This document shows, piece by piece, positions 1 through 8,741 of a stretch of 64,000 bases of DNA. The stretch's first letter is position 1. Every line of letters starts with the position of its first letter. Origin of the DNA: Armatimonadota bacterium (lineage in GTDB: Bacteria; Armatimonadota; Zipacnadia; Zipacnadales; UBA5352); contig JAYENL010000314.1 in the NCBI GenBank assembly GCA_034722055.1, positions 26,641-90,640 of the forward strand, in the 5' to 3' direction. The notes beneath the pieces are model-generated. The model did no database searches and had not been told where the DNA came from. It saw only the letters and a program-made list of their open reading frames with translations. A program made the position numbers and the translations under genes.

Positions 1-1
1 G

Positions 2-208
2 GTGGTGGCCCAGAACGTTCGGGTGCCCGACGGCTACGTCCGGCCGCTGGCGTGGGACCTGGCGCGGCGCATCAGCCGCTCGCTGAGCTTTCAGGGCGAG
101 CGCATCTGGTGCCAGGACAGCAAGCAGCTCGGGATCTGGGGCTACCCCACCACCTTCGTGCCCAACTACCACCATCACTACTGCCTCATCTTCCGGCGCC
201 AGGACTGA
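2..208 (+). CDS. 3' end of an unidentified upstream gene (partial; the ORF runs off the window start)
   Basis: The frame is open from the window edge to the stop at 206-208. The 68-aa C-terminal peptide matches no family I recognise. rimO starts 5 nt downstream. Confidence 0.3.
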   Translation: MVAQNVRVPDGYVRPLAWDLARRISRSLSFQGERIWCQDSKQLGIWGYPTTFVPNYHHHYCLIFRRQD

Positions 209-212
209 GCCG

Positions 213-1550
213 GTGATGGGACACGCGGTGGCGGTGGTGTCGCTGGGGTGCGCCAAGAACCTCGTGGACTCCGAGGTGATGCTGGGGCTCCTGGAGCAGG
301 CGGGGCACGAGCTGGTGGAGGACGTCGAGGATGCCGAGATCATCATCGTCAATACCTGCGCCTTCATCGAGCCAGCGGTGGAGGAGGCGGTGGAGGCGCT
401 GCTGGACCTGGCGGAGCTGAAGGCCGACGGGGCCCAGTGCCTCATCTGCGCCGGCTGCCTCACCTCCCGCTATGGCGAGGAGCTGCTGAGGGAGCTGCCG
501 GAGGTGGACGCCCTCGTGGGGCCGGGCTCGGTGGACCGCATCGCCGAGGTCGTCCAGTGCTGCCTGGCCGGCGAGCGAGTGATGGAGGCCGGGTCGCCGC
601 CCTGCCTCTGCTCGGCGGACACGCCGAGGGTGCGCACCGGCCCACAGTGGCTGGCGCATCTCAAGATCGCCGACGGCTGCAGCCATCACTGCACCTACTG
701 CCTGATCCCGCAGCTCCGCGGGCCCTATCGCAGCCGGCCGCCCGGCGACATCCGGGCTGAGGTGGCGGGCCTCATCGGCGAGGGCGTCCGCGAGATATGC
801 GTGATCGCCCAGGACACCTCTGCGTGGGGCCGCGACCTGACGGGAGAGCACTCCCTGGCGGGCCTGCTGGAGAGTCTGGAGCTGGGCGGCTGGGACGGAT
901 GGCTGCGGCTGCAGTATCTGCACCCCACGGGTATCAGCGACGAGCTGCTTGAGGTGGTGGCGGGCACCGAGCAGATCGTGCCCTACTTCGACATCCCGCT
1001 GCAGCACGCCGACGAGGCCGTGCTGCGGCGCATGGGACGGGGGGGCGATGCCCAGCGGCACCTGGCGCTGCTGGAGCGGGTGAGGGCCGCGGTCCCGGAT
1101 GGGGCCCTGCGGACCACGTTCATCGTGGGGCATCCGGGCGAGACGCGCCAGCGCTTCGAGCGGCTGTTGGCGTTCGTCCGGGAGGCGCGCTTCGACCGCC
1201 TCTCGGCCTTCGTCTACTGGGACGAGCCCGGAACGCGCTCGGAGTGCGTGGGGGAGAAGGTGCCCCGCGAACAGGCCCGCGATCGCCTGGACGAGCTGAT
1301 GCACCTGCAGCAGGAGATCTCGCGGGAGATCAACCAGGGCCTGGTGGGTGAGAGGCTGCGAGTGCTGGTGGAGGAGCCGGGCGATGATCCCGCGACGGTG
1401 GTGGGACGAACCTATCGCGATGCGCCCGGCATCGACGGCAACGCCATCATCCGGCGCGGCCCGCAGGTGCCGCCCGCCGGGCACTTCGTGGACGTGCTGG
1501 TGACCGAGGCGCTGGAGCACGACCTGCGGGGGCGTGCAACTCAACAGTGA
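213..1550 (+). CDS. rimO: Ribosomal protein S12 methylthiotransferase RimO (MiaB-family radical SAM plus TRAM domain)
   Basis: Protein identity: the N-terminal 'VAVVSLGCAKNLVDSE' MTTase motif, a radical-SAM CxxxCxxC cluster ('CSHHCTYC') and a C-terminal TRAM-like region. The length of about 445 aa is typical of RimO. Confidence 0.85.
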   Translation: MMGHAVAVVSLGCAKNLVDSEVMLGLLEQAGHELVEDVEDAEIIIVNTCAFIEPAVEEAVEALLDLAELKADGAQCLICAGCLTSRYGEELLRELPEVDALVGPGSVDRIAEVVQCCLAGERVMEAGSPPCLCSADTPRVRTGPQWLAHLKIADGCSHHCTYCLIPQLRGPYRSRPPGDIRAEVAGLIGEGVREICVIAQDTSAWGRDLTGEHSLAGLLESLELGGWDGWLRLQYLHPTGISDELLEVVAGTEQIVPYFDIPLQHADEAVLRRMGRGGDAQRHLALLERVRAAVPDGALRTTFIVGHPGETRQRFERLLAFVREARFDRLSAFVYWDEPGTRSECVGEKVPREQARDRLDELMHLQQEISREINQGLVGERLRVLVEEPGDDPATVVGRTYRDAPGIDGNAIIRRGPQVPPAGHFVDVLVTEALEHDLRGRATQQ

Positions 1551-1580
1551 GCAGTGCGCTACACGGGAGGACCTGACACG

Positions 1581-3449
1581 GTGGAGATCAGCGACGACCT
1601 TGCACTGAGATACCTTGGCGATCGGCTCTACGGGGCGATCCTGGGCCAGGCCGGGGCGGCGCGGCCGGCCAACCTGGTCCGCTCACTGCCGCAGGGCCTG
1701 CGCATCGGAGTCCCGCTCATTCGGCAGGTGCTGCAGGAGGACGGGCGGTTCGCGGAGGTGGCGGGACGCTTCGATCTCGCGGAGCGGGACTCGCTGGCCA
1801 GGCGGCCCTTCGGCGGCGTGGTGCTGGAGCTGCTGGCGCAGTATGGCCGGCCCATGCCCATTGCGCTGATGATCACCGGCCTGGCCAGCCTGCGCCGCGG
1901 CTCCCCGGAGTACTTCCAGGAGCTGCTGGACGAGTACGAGGAGAGCCGCGACGCCGTCGCCTACATCGAGGAGCAGGTGGTGGACACCGACTGGCTCCTG
2001 GTGATGGAGGGCGACGATGAGGAGGCCGTGCTCTTCTACAACGACCTCCGGGATGACGACGAGCTGCGGGAGCTGTGGCAGGAGTGCGAGGAGCGGGATC
2101 TGCGCAAGCGAGACCCAGGGCTGACCGCCGCCAACATCCTGGAGGCCTTCGACCGGCCACTGGGACCGCGGCAGCTCGCCTTCCTGACGTGGCTGCACCA
2201 TCCGCAGATCTTCGACCCAACGGAGTTCATTGCGCAGACGCTGCAGCGCGATGACGTCATCCCGGCCGCGGGCCTGTGGATGAGCCGCGAGCAGCTCGAC
2301 GCGCTGCACGAGCGGCTGCGGGAGCTGTCTGACCAGCTCTCGGCTGAGGGCGAGGAGCCCGTTCACGTGGACATCGGGGAGGTGCTGGCCAAGGAGCCCC
2401 CTGCCACGCCCTACACACTCGATGATGAGGATCGGGCCAACATCCTGTCAGTGGTCGGCGAGGCCCAGGTGCCGATCGGTCTCGACGAGCTGATCGTCGA
2501 TCTGCTCGAGATCAGCCCCGACCAGAGGAAGTTCGTGGCCGCGGCTCACCGCCTGCAGGAGATGCTGCAGGGAGAACCGGGGCTGCTACAGGTCTCCCTG
2601 GGCCGCTACCTGTCGCGGGAATCCATCCCCGACTGGGTTCGGGAGGTCCCCCAGCCGCTCGTTCCGGTGCGCACGGAGTTCGAGGAGGACGTCCTGGTGG
2701 AGCCGGAGATCCTCCCCGATGAGCTGCTGGAGGAGGTGCGGGACCCCGTCTACGAGGACGTGGCCTGCGGGGTGGAGATCGAGCCCGACGAGGACCTCAT
2801 GGCGGAGGACAGCGCGGACTGCCCGCTGCTGCACCACCACTACGTCATGGGCACGGTGCCGGTGCGGGGCATCGACCGGCCGCTGTTCGACTTCGACGTC
2901 CCGATGACGTTGCTGATACTGCGCGACGCCGAACGGGGCCTCTATCCGGCCTGGCTCAACCTGGACCTGGGTCTGATGTTCGGGCTGTCGCGCTGGTACC
3001 AGCGGTACCTGCCGCCCAGCGGAGCGATCTTCACCATCGCCCGGACCGACGATCCGGTGGCCTACACGCTGGCGTACGATGGCGACACGGACGAGGAGCT
3101 GACGCCGGCCGAGGAGCGCATGGCCGTGCTGGAGCGGAAGCGCGAGCGGGTCAGCCATCGGCCCATCTCGGTCTTCGACCTCATGGTGGAGCTGCTGGGC
3201 GAGCACGAGGATGGCCTGAGCTTCAACGCGCTGTGGGCGGAGATGAATGTCGTGCGCCGCACCTCGCGATGGCAGATCGCGTCGCTGCTGGCCTACTACC
3301 CGTGCTTTGAGGCCGCCGACGGCAAGTGGTCGCTGGACCGGGAGCTGATCCGCGAGCCGGGGTCGGAGGAGCTTGAGGACTTCCTCATCCGAGACGAGGC
3401 CGAGGAGGCGGAGGAGACCGAAGAGGGCAACGAGGCGCCGGAGGAGTAG
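1581..3449 (+). CDS. Large acidic hypothetical protein (about 620 aa), probably cotranscribed with rimO
   Basis: Long ORF on the same strand, starting 4-30 nt after the rimO stop. There is a GTG at 1554. A GTG at 1581 is preceded by 'GGGAGGA', so 1581 is used. The protein is Asp/Glu-rich with a C-terminal 'EAEEAEETEEGNEAPEE' tail. I recognise no domain. Confidence 0.55.
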   Translation: MEISDDLALRYLGDRLYGAILGQAGAARPANLVRSLPQGLRIGVPLIRQVLQEDGRFAEVAGRFDLAERDSLARRPFGGVVLELLAQYGRPMPIALMITGLASLRRGSPEYFQELLDEYEESRDAVAYIEEQVVDTDWLLVMEGDDEEAVLFYNDLRDDDELRELWQECEERDLRKRDPGLTAANILEAFDRPLGPRQLAFLTWLHHPQIFDPTEFIAQTLQRDDVIPAAGLWMSREQLDALHERLRELSDQLSAEGEEPVHVDIGEVLAKEPPATPYTLDDEDRANILSVVGEAQVPIGLDELIVDLLEISPDQRKFVAAAHRLQEMLQGEPGLLQVSLGRYLSRESIPDWVREVPQPLVPVRTEFEEDVLVEPEILPDELLEEVRDPVYEDVACGVEIEPDEDLMAEDSADCPLLHHHYVMGTVPVRGIDRPLFDFDVPMTLLILRDAERGLYPAWLNLDLGLMFGLSRWYQRYLPPSGAIFTIARTDDPVAYTLAYDGDTDEELTPAEERMAVLERKRERVSHRPISVFDLMVELLGEHEDGLSFNALWAEMNVVRRTSRWQIASLLAYYPCFEAADGKWSLDRELIREPGSEELEDFLIRDEAEEAEETEEGNEAPEE

Positions 3450-3598
3450 GGCGCGTTCTCAAGTGTCGGTTCGGCGGGGGGACCGCGCAGCTATCAGCTA
3501 CCGGCTATCAGCTAACGGAAACGGCCGACGGCCAGGCTGGGGAGGCACCGCCAGGTGTCCGCGCTTGCGCTGCGTTCGACCAAGTGGTCGAAGCATTG

Positions 3599-3754
3599 AG
3601 TGGCGCTTCGGGCCACAAGCCGGCGGGGGCGCCGGCTTCCCAGGATGGGGAGGCAGCGGGGGTGCCGGCTTCCGAGGATGGGGAGGCAGCGTGGGCGCGG
3701 CTTCTCAGGATGGCATATCTACCCTTTCTGGGGCGCGGGCGCCCTCGCCCGCGG
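3599..3754 (+). repeat. Intergenic repeat element R1, copy a: three tandem units of about 33 bp (GGCGCCGGCTTCCCAGGATGGGGAGGCAGCG) plus a GGGGCGCGGGCGCCCTCGCCCGC tail
   Basis: Three consecutive units at 3626-3657, 3658-3690 and 3691-3723. The 5' end 'GCCACAAGCCGGCGGGGGCGCCGGCTTCCCA' is identical to the inverted copy at about 15785-15814. It lies in a 775-bp gene-free gap. Confidence 0.8.
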
Positions 3755-4003
3755 GCCGTGTCGTGCGGAGGTCGGGCGTGCCTACGCCCGACGCGGGCCG
3801 AAGCCCCGCAGCCGTTGCCGTTGGAGGGGCCGCACGACGACGGGTGCGACGCACCCGGAGGAGGTCGGCCCAACATCGCGTGCCGTTTGAGGGCCCGCTC
3901 GAATGACAGTCGCGCTTCGCGCGACGGCTGGCCTGGGCAGGCCAGGCCTCCGTACGACACTGAGCCGCAGCGCCGCAACTCCCCGAGCCCATCCGTGTGG
4001 AAC

Positions 4004-4082
4004 TCGGGGGCGCCGGCTTCCCAGCATCGCATACCCATTGGTGCTGGGTTGCAGGCGCCCTCGCCCGCAACGGACAATCTGG
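4004..4082 (+). repeat. Intergenic repeat element R1, copy b (one degenerate unit plus the 'CTGGGTTGCAGGCGCCCTCGCCCGCAACGGACAATCTGG' module)
   Basis: Shares 'GGGGCGCCGGCTTCCCAG' with copies a and c. Shares the 'CTGGGTTGCRGGCG...GACAATCTG' module with 6066-6085. Confidence 0.7.
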
Positions 4083-4225
4083 GGCCGCATCCTGGGGCCG
4101 GTTGCGCGCGCGGCGGAGGACGGGTATGATGAGGACACTGCCCGCGGGCGTCCGCCCCGGGCAGTTCGCTCGCCGGGCAGCGCCGGCGGGCAGCGTCTCG
4201 AGCATGCTGGAAAGGTGACCACAGG

Positions 4226-5725
4226 ATGTCAGAGGTACGCACGCGCTTCGCGCCCGCACCCACAGGGAACCTGCACGTGGGCGGCGCGCATACCGCGCTC
4301 TTCGCCTGGCTCTTCGCCCGCTACGAGGGCGGGGAGTTCGTCCTGCGCATCGAGGACACCGACGAGCTGCGCTCCACCGAGCAGTCCCTGCGCGCCATCT
4401 ACGACGGCCTGCGCTGGCTGGGTATCGACTGGGATGAGGGCCCCGATGTCGGGGGGCCCTACGCGCCCTACATCCAGTCGGAGCGGCTGGAGGTCTATGA
4501 GGAGCACATCGACCGGCTGCTCGACGCCGGCAGGGCCTACAGGTGCTTCTGCACGCCCGAGGAGCTGGAGGAGCGGCGCGAGATCATGCGCGCGCGAGGG
4601 GAGCCCCCTCGCTACGACGGGAAATGCCTGGAGCTGGGAGAGGAGCAGCGGCAGACGCTCCTGGCCGAGGGGAAGCCCTACTGCGTGCGCTTCCACGTCA
4701 AGGAGTCCGGGACCACGGTGGTGGAGGACCTGGTGCGCGGGGAGGTGTCCTTCGACAACTCGCTGATGGGCGACTTCGTCATCCGCAAGACCTCCGGCTA
4801 CCCGACATATCACCTGGCGGTGGTGGTGGACGACCACCTTATGGAGGTCAGTCACGTCATCCGCGCCGAGGAGCACCTCTCCAACACCCCCTCGCACGTG
4901 CAGCTCATGGAGGCGCTGGGCTTTGAGCGCCCGCAGTTCGCGCACCTGCCCCTGATCATGGGCACCGATCGCACGAAGCTGAGCAAGCGCCATGGAGCGG
5001 TGAACCTGCTGGACTACAGGGAGCAGGGCTTCCTGCCGGAGGCGATGCGCAACTTCCTGGCGCTCATCGGCTGGTCGCCGGGGACCGATGAGGAGATCCT
5101 CGACCTCCAGGAGCTGATCGACACCTTCACCCTCGAGGGCGTCAGCAAGTCGCCGGGGGTCTTTGACCTCGAGAAGGCCACCTGGCTGAACGGTGAGTAT
5201 CTCAAGCAGGCCGATCCGGAGTACTTGGCCGACCTCCTGGAGCCGATCCTGCGGGAGGAGGGCCTGATCGAGGAGGACCTCAGCGCCGAGCGGCGGGAGT
5301 GGCTGGTGGCGGTGGTGGACCTGATGAAGGAGCGCACCCGCCTGCTCCGGGACTTCGTGACCTGGGGCCGCTACTACTTCACCAACGACTTCCCCTACGA
5401 CAACCGGGCCCGCAAGAAGTGGCTGCGGCGGGAGGAGGTCCCCGAGCGCCTGGACATGCTGGCTGACAGGCTGGAGACGCTGGAGAGCTGGGACGTGGAC
5501 GGCATCGAGCGGGTCATCAGGGGCCTGGCCGACGACCTCGGCGTGAGCGCCGCGAAGGTCATCCACCCCTGCCGGGCGGCCGTGACGGGACAGACCATCG
5601 GGCCCAGCCTGTTCCACCTCATGGAGCTCGTCCCGCAGCGGGATGTGGTGGCGCGGCTGCGCCGGGCCGCGGAGCTGGGACGGGCGGGGAAGATGGAGCC
5701 GATCCCCGAGCAGGACGAGCAGTAG
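4226..5725 (+). CDS. gltX: Glutamyl-tRNA synthetase
   Basis: N-terminal class I HIGH motif ('PTGNLHVGGAHTALF') and KMSKS-type 'KLSKR'. The 499 aa are colinear with GltX. An 'AAAGGTGA' RBS is present. Confidence 0.95.
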   Translation: MSEVRTRFAPAPTGNLHVGGAHTALFAWLFARYEGGEFVLRIEDTDELRSTEQSLRAIYDGLRWLGIDWDEGPDVGGPYAPYIQSERLEVYEEHIDRLLDAGRAYRCFCTPEELEERREIMRARGEPPRYDGKCLELGEEQRQTLLAEGKPYCVRFHVKESGTTVVEDLVRGEVSFDNSLMGDFVIRKTSGYPTYHLAVVVDDHLMEVSHVIRAEEHLSNTPSHVQLMEALGFERPQFAHLPLIMGTDRTKLSKRHGAVNLLDYREQGFLPEAMRNFLALIGWSPGTDEEILDLQELIDTFTLEGVSKSPGVFDLEKATWLNGEYLKQADPEYLADLLEPILREEGLIEEDLSAERREWLVAVVDLMKERTRLLRDFVTWGRYYFTNDFPYDNRARKKWLRREEVPERLDMLADRLETLESWDVDGIERVIRGLADDLGVSAAKVIHPCRAAVTGQTIGPSLFHLMELVPQRDVVARLRRAAELGRAGKMEPIPEQDEQ

Positions 5726-5997
5726 CCCGCCGGCAGCATGGGCACGGCCTGCGGGCCGATGCAGACGCCGGGAAGTCGGCCTCGCCACCCCTTCCGGGCC
5801 CCAGAGCAGGAGCCGCGGCAGCATCCCACTAACCTCGCTGGCATGGTGAACATTGGGCTCATCGGCTGCGTCTATTCTGACTGAAGACACAAGAGATGTG
5901 CCGGCCACCGAAGGTTTGGTGGGGGATGCGGGTGCTGTCCCCGCCAGCACCCAAATCCCCCGCCGTTGATTCCCCCCCGATGCGGTGTGAATTCCAA

Positions 5998-6085
5998 GTA
6001 TCGGGAGAACGCGCGGGCGAGGGCGCCCGCGCCCCAATACTTACCTGGGTTGCGGGCGAGCTACCTCCACCCGACAATCTGACGC
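5998..6085 (-). repeat. Intergenic repeat element R1, copy d (mosaic and partial)
   Basis: Contains 'GCGGGCGAGGGCGCCCGCGCCCC', which is the reverse complement of the R1a tail, and 'CTGGGTTGCGGGCG...CCGACAATCTG', which is shared with R1b. Confidence 0.6.
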
Positions 6086-6108
6086 CGTACCCCCCTCGAC
6101 GCCTCCAT

Positions 6109-6137
6109 TTGACAGGCCCCGCGTGCTGTGCTAAGGT
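6109..6137 (+). promoter_or_regulatory. Candidate sigma70-type promoter (TTGACA-17bp-TAAGGT) about 250 nt upstream of cysK
   Basis: TTGACA at 6109-6114, a 17-nt spacer, then TAAGGT at 6132-6137. It is oriented toward cysK. This is an AT-rich hexamer pair within 70% GC DNA. Confidence 0.4.
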
Positions 6138-6384
6138 CTCTGGCGGTCAGTTGACAGAGTTGAGCTGATAGCCGCGCGGCCTTGCCCAGGCGGACACGCA
6201 GATGGCAGCGATCACCCGGCGCTCAGCACGGATCGAGGTGACGGGACCGAGGGTCGGCCGCGTGCGACCGCTGGGTATGATGTCGTAGCTTCACAGGGCC
6301 CCCGCCCGGCCGGGATGTGCGGCCGCTCCGGGCATCGGGGCCTGTTTGCATGTACGGGCGGACGGGCAGGGACGCGGGGAGGCG

Positions 6385-7317
6385 ATGGGCGTGAGGATCT
6401 TCGAGGACATCACCCAGACCATCGGCAACACGCCCCTGGTCCGGCTGGCGAGGCTGGACTCGGGTCTGCCCGGGCGGGTGGTGGGGAAGCTGGAGGCGTT
6501 CAATCCCGCCGGGTGCGTGAAGGAGCGCATCGGCTGGGAGATGATCGTCACCGCGGAGCGGGAGGGGCGGATCGAGCCCGACCGCACCACGATCATCGAG
6601 CCCACCAGCGGCAACACCGGGGTGGGGCTGGCGATGGTGGGGGCGGCGCGCGGCTACCGGGTGGTGCTGTGCATGCCCGAGAGCATGAGCCTGGAGCGGC
6701 GCAAGCTCCTGGCCGCCTTCGGCGCGGAGCTGGAGCTGACTCCGGCCTCCGGCGGGATGGCCTCGGCCATTGAGCGGGCGAGGGAGCTGGCGGGGGAGCT
6801 TGAGGACGCCTGGATCCCGATGCAGTTCGAGAATCCTGCCAACCCGGCGGCCCACCAGCGGACTACGGCTGAGGAGATCTGGGCGGACACGGAGGGAGCC
6901 GTGGACGCCGTGGTGGCGGGCATCGGCACCGGTGGGACGGTCACCGGGATCGCGCGCGCCCTCAAGCCCCGCAAGCAGGAGCTGCGCATCATTGGGGTGG
7001 AGCCCGCCGAGTCCGCGGTCATCTCAGGCGAGGAGCCGGGGCCGCACGGCATTCAGGGCATCGGGGCGGGCTTCATCCCGGACGTGCTGGAGGTGGCCCT
7101 GCTGGATGAGGTGGTGCAGGTGACCACCGAGGACGCAAAGGTCATGGGTCGGCGGCTGGCGGCGGAGGAGGGCATCCTGGCGGGGATCTCCTCGGGCGCC
7201 GCCGTCCACGCGGCGCTGGCGGTGGCCGCGCGGGACGAGATGCGGGAGCGGCTGATCGTGGTTATCCTGCCGGACACCGGCGAGCGCTACCTCTCGACGG
7301 ACCTGTTCGAGCGGTAA
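6385..7317 (+). CDS. cysK: Cysteine synthase A (O-acetylserine sulfhydrylase, PLP-dependent)
   Basis: Typical CysK N-terminus ('[17 protein letters not shown]'). The PLP-lysine region '[19 protein letters not shown]', 'TSGNTG' and the glycine-rich '[10 protein letters not shown]' loop are all present. ATG 6385 is preceded by 'GGGGAGG'. Confidence 0.9.
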   Translation: MGVRIFEDITQTIGNTPLVRLARLDSGLPGRVVGKLEAFNPAGCVKERIGWEMIVTAEREGRIEPDRTTIIEPTSGNTGVGLAMVGAARGYRVVLCMPESMSLERRKLLAAFGAELELTPASGGMASAIERARELAGELEDAWIPMQFENPANPAAHQRTTAEEIWADTEGAVDAVVAGIGTGGTVTGIARALKPRKQELRIIGVEPAESAVISGEEPGPHGIQGIGAGFIPDVLEVALLDEVVQVTTEDAKVMGRRLAAEEGILAGISSGAAVHAALAVAARDEMRERLIVVILPDTGERYLSTDLFER

Positions 7318-7357
7318 GAGCTGACGCGGCTGGGTCCGGGCGGAAGGAGGTTCGGCG

Positions 7358-7510
7358 ATGCTGGGACGGATACAGCCGGAGGCCGAGGTGATGATCCGTA
7401 TGGCGATGCCCCGGCGCCCCTGGCCGGGGCGCATGCTGAGCCGTGGCGGGCGACGCATCGTGCAGATGACCCGCGTCCGGCATGGCCGATCCGAGCGGGC
7501 GCGGCTGTGA
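7358..7510 (+). CDS. Possible Met-rich 50-aa upstream ORF or leader peptide (speculative)
   Basis: A strong SD 'GGAAGGAGG' lies 7 nt before the ATG. Seven of the 50 codons are ATG, in a 70% GC background: MLGRIQPEAEVMIRMAMPRRPWPGRMLSRGGRRIVQMTRVRHGRSERARL. The ORF ends 13 nt before the probable GTG start of the downstream homocysteine-synthesis gene. Confidence 0.3.
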   Translation: MLGRIQPEAEVMIRMAMPRRPWPGRMLSRGGRRIVQMTRVRHGRSERARL

Positions 7511-7523
7511 GAGAGTGATACCG

Positions 7524-8741
7524 GTGGCGAAGACGTACGACGAGATCAACGAGAGGATCCGGCGGGGAGAGGTCGTGGTGGTCACGGCCGAGCAGATGGT
7601 TGACGTCGTCGATGAGCTGGGGGCGAGTGGGGCTGCGGAGAAGGTGGACGTGGTGACGACAGGCACCTTCGGCCCCATGTGCTCCTCGGGCGCCTTCCTC
7701 AACTTCGGCCACTCCACCCCGCGGATCAAGGTCTCGAAGGCGTGGCTGAACGAGGTGCCGGCCTACGCCGGCCTGGCTGCGGTGGACCTCTACATCGGCG
7801 CGGCGGAGGTGGCGGAGGGCGACCCCCTCAACCGGACGCATCCAGGGAGCTTCAACTACGGCGGCGGGCACGTTATCGAGGACCTTGTGGCGGGCCGGGA
7901 CGTGCGCCTGCGGGCGCGGGCCTACGGCACCGACTGCTATCCGCGGCGAGAGCTGGACACGTGGCTGAACATCGAGGACCTCAACGAGGCCTTCATGTGC
8001 AACCCGCGCAACGCCTACCAGAACTACAACGTGGCGGTCAATACCTCTGCCGACCGCGACATCTACACCTACATGGGCGTGGTCAAGAGGGACCTGGGGA
8101 GCGCCAACTACTGCTCCGCCGGCCAGCTCAGCCCCCTCCTGAACGACCCGCACTACAGAACCATCGGGGTCGGGACGCCGGTCTTCATTGGCGGCGCCCG
8201 GGGGCGCGTGTTCTGGCAGGGCACCCAGCACGACCCCACCACCCCCCGCAACGAGAGGGGCGTGCCCACCGGCGGCGGGGGCACGCTGGCCACGGTGGGG
8301 GACCTCAAGCAGATGGACCCCCGCTTCGTGGTGGGGGTGAGCATGCTCGGCTACGGCGTGTCGCTGGCGCTGGGCATCGGGACGGCGATCCCGATTCTGG
8401 ATGAGGAGATGGCGGCCTTCACCGGCGTCAGCGACGCCGACATAGTGGCCCCGATCGTGGACTACTCCCGCGATTACGGGCACAATGAGGGGGAGCCGCT
8501 GGGCCATGTGTCCTACGTGGAGCTCAAGCGCGGCCAAGTCCGGATTGAGGGCAAGGCGGTCCCTACGGCGTCGCTGTCCAGCTACGTGCGGGCGCGGGAG
8601 ATCGCGGAGACGCTCAAGTCCTGGGTCGAGGCCGGCGAGTTCCTGCTCAACGAGCCCGTGCAGGCGCTGCCCTCCGCCGAGGAGAGCGAGGGCTTTAGGA
8701 TGCTCAACTACCGGCCCGCGGCGCCGGAAGGGGATGAGTGA
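7524..8741 (+). CDS. Homocysteine biosynthesis protein of the DUF39 / MA1821 family (sulfide-dependent homocysteine formation, as described in methanogens)
   Basis: About 400 aa protein colinear with the MA1821/MJ0100 DUF39 core. It has the N-terminal '...YDEINERIRRGEVVVVTAEQMV' and Gly-rich conserved blocks. A gene for the known MA1822-type partner ferredoxin follows with an overlapping stop/start. There is an alternative in-frame ATG at 7482. Confidence 0.55.
   Translation: MAKTYDEINERIRRGEVVVVTAEQMVDVVDELGASGAAEKVDVVTTGTFGPMCSSGAFLNFGHSTPRIKVSKAWLNEVPAYAGLAAVDLYIGAAEVAEGDPLNRTHPGSFNYGGGHVIEDLVAGRDVRLRARAYGTDCYPRRELDTWLNIEDLNEAFMCNPRNAYQNYNVAVNTSADRDIYTYMGVVKRDLGSANYCSAGQLSPLLNDPHYRTIGVGTPVFIGGARGRVFWQGTQHDPTTPRNERGVPTGGGGTLATVGDLKQMDPRFVVGVSMLGYGVSLALGIGTAIPILDEEMAAFTGVSDADIVAPIVDYSRDYGHNEGEPLGHVSYVELKRGQVRIEGKAVPTASLSSYVRAREIAETLKSWVEAGEFLLNEPVQALPSAEESEGFRMLNYRPAAPEGDE

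Noticed and set aside
3599-3754. A possible CRISPR array, because of tandem repeats of about 33 bp
   Set aside because: The units abut one another without unique spacers. There are only three, they are degenerate, and no cas genes are present. They are tandem direct repeats of a REP/MITE-like element, not CRISPR.
3508-4263. ORFs inside the 3450-4225 gap (3508-4263 minus strand, 3584-4129 plus strand)
   Set aside because: They overlap the R1 repeat element, have no RBS or homology, and are low complexity. I interpret the region as a non-coding repeat rather than protein-coding.
4229-6037. A 602-aa minus-strand ORF antisense to gltX. Similar long antisense ORFs occur elsewhere, for example 186-1544, 16822-18732, 35714-37345, 38041-39507 and 41366-42937
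   Set aside because: Each overlaps a confidently identified gene on the opposite strand and encodes low-complexity R/A/P/G-rich sequence. These are GC-driven open frames, not genes.
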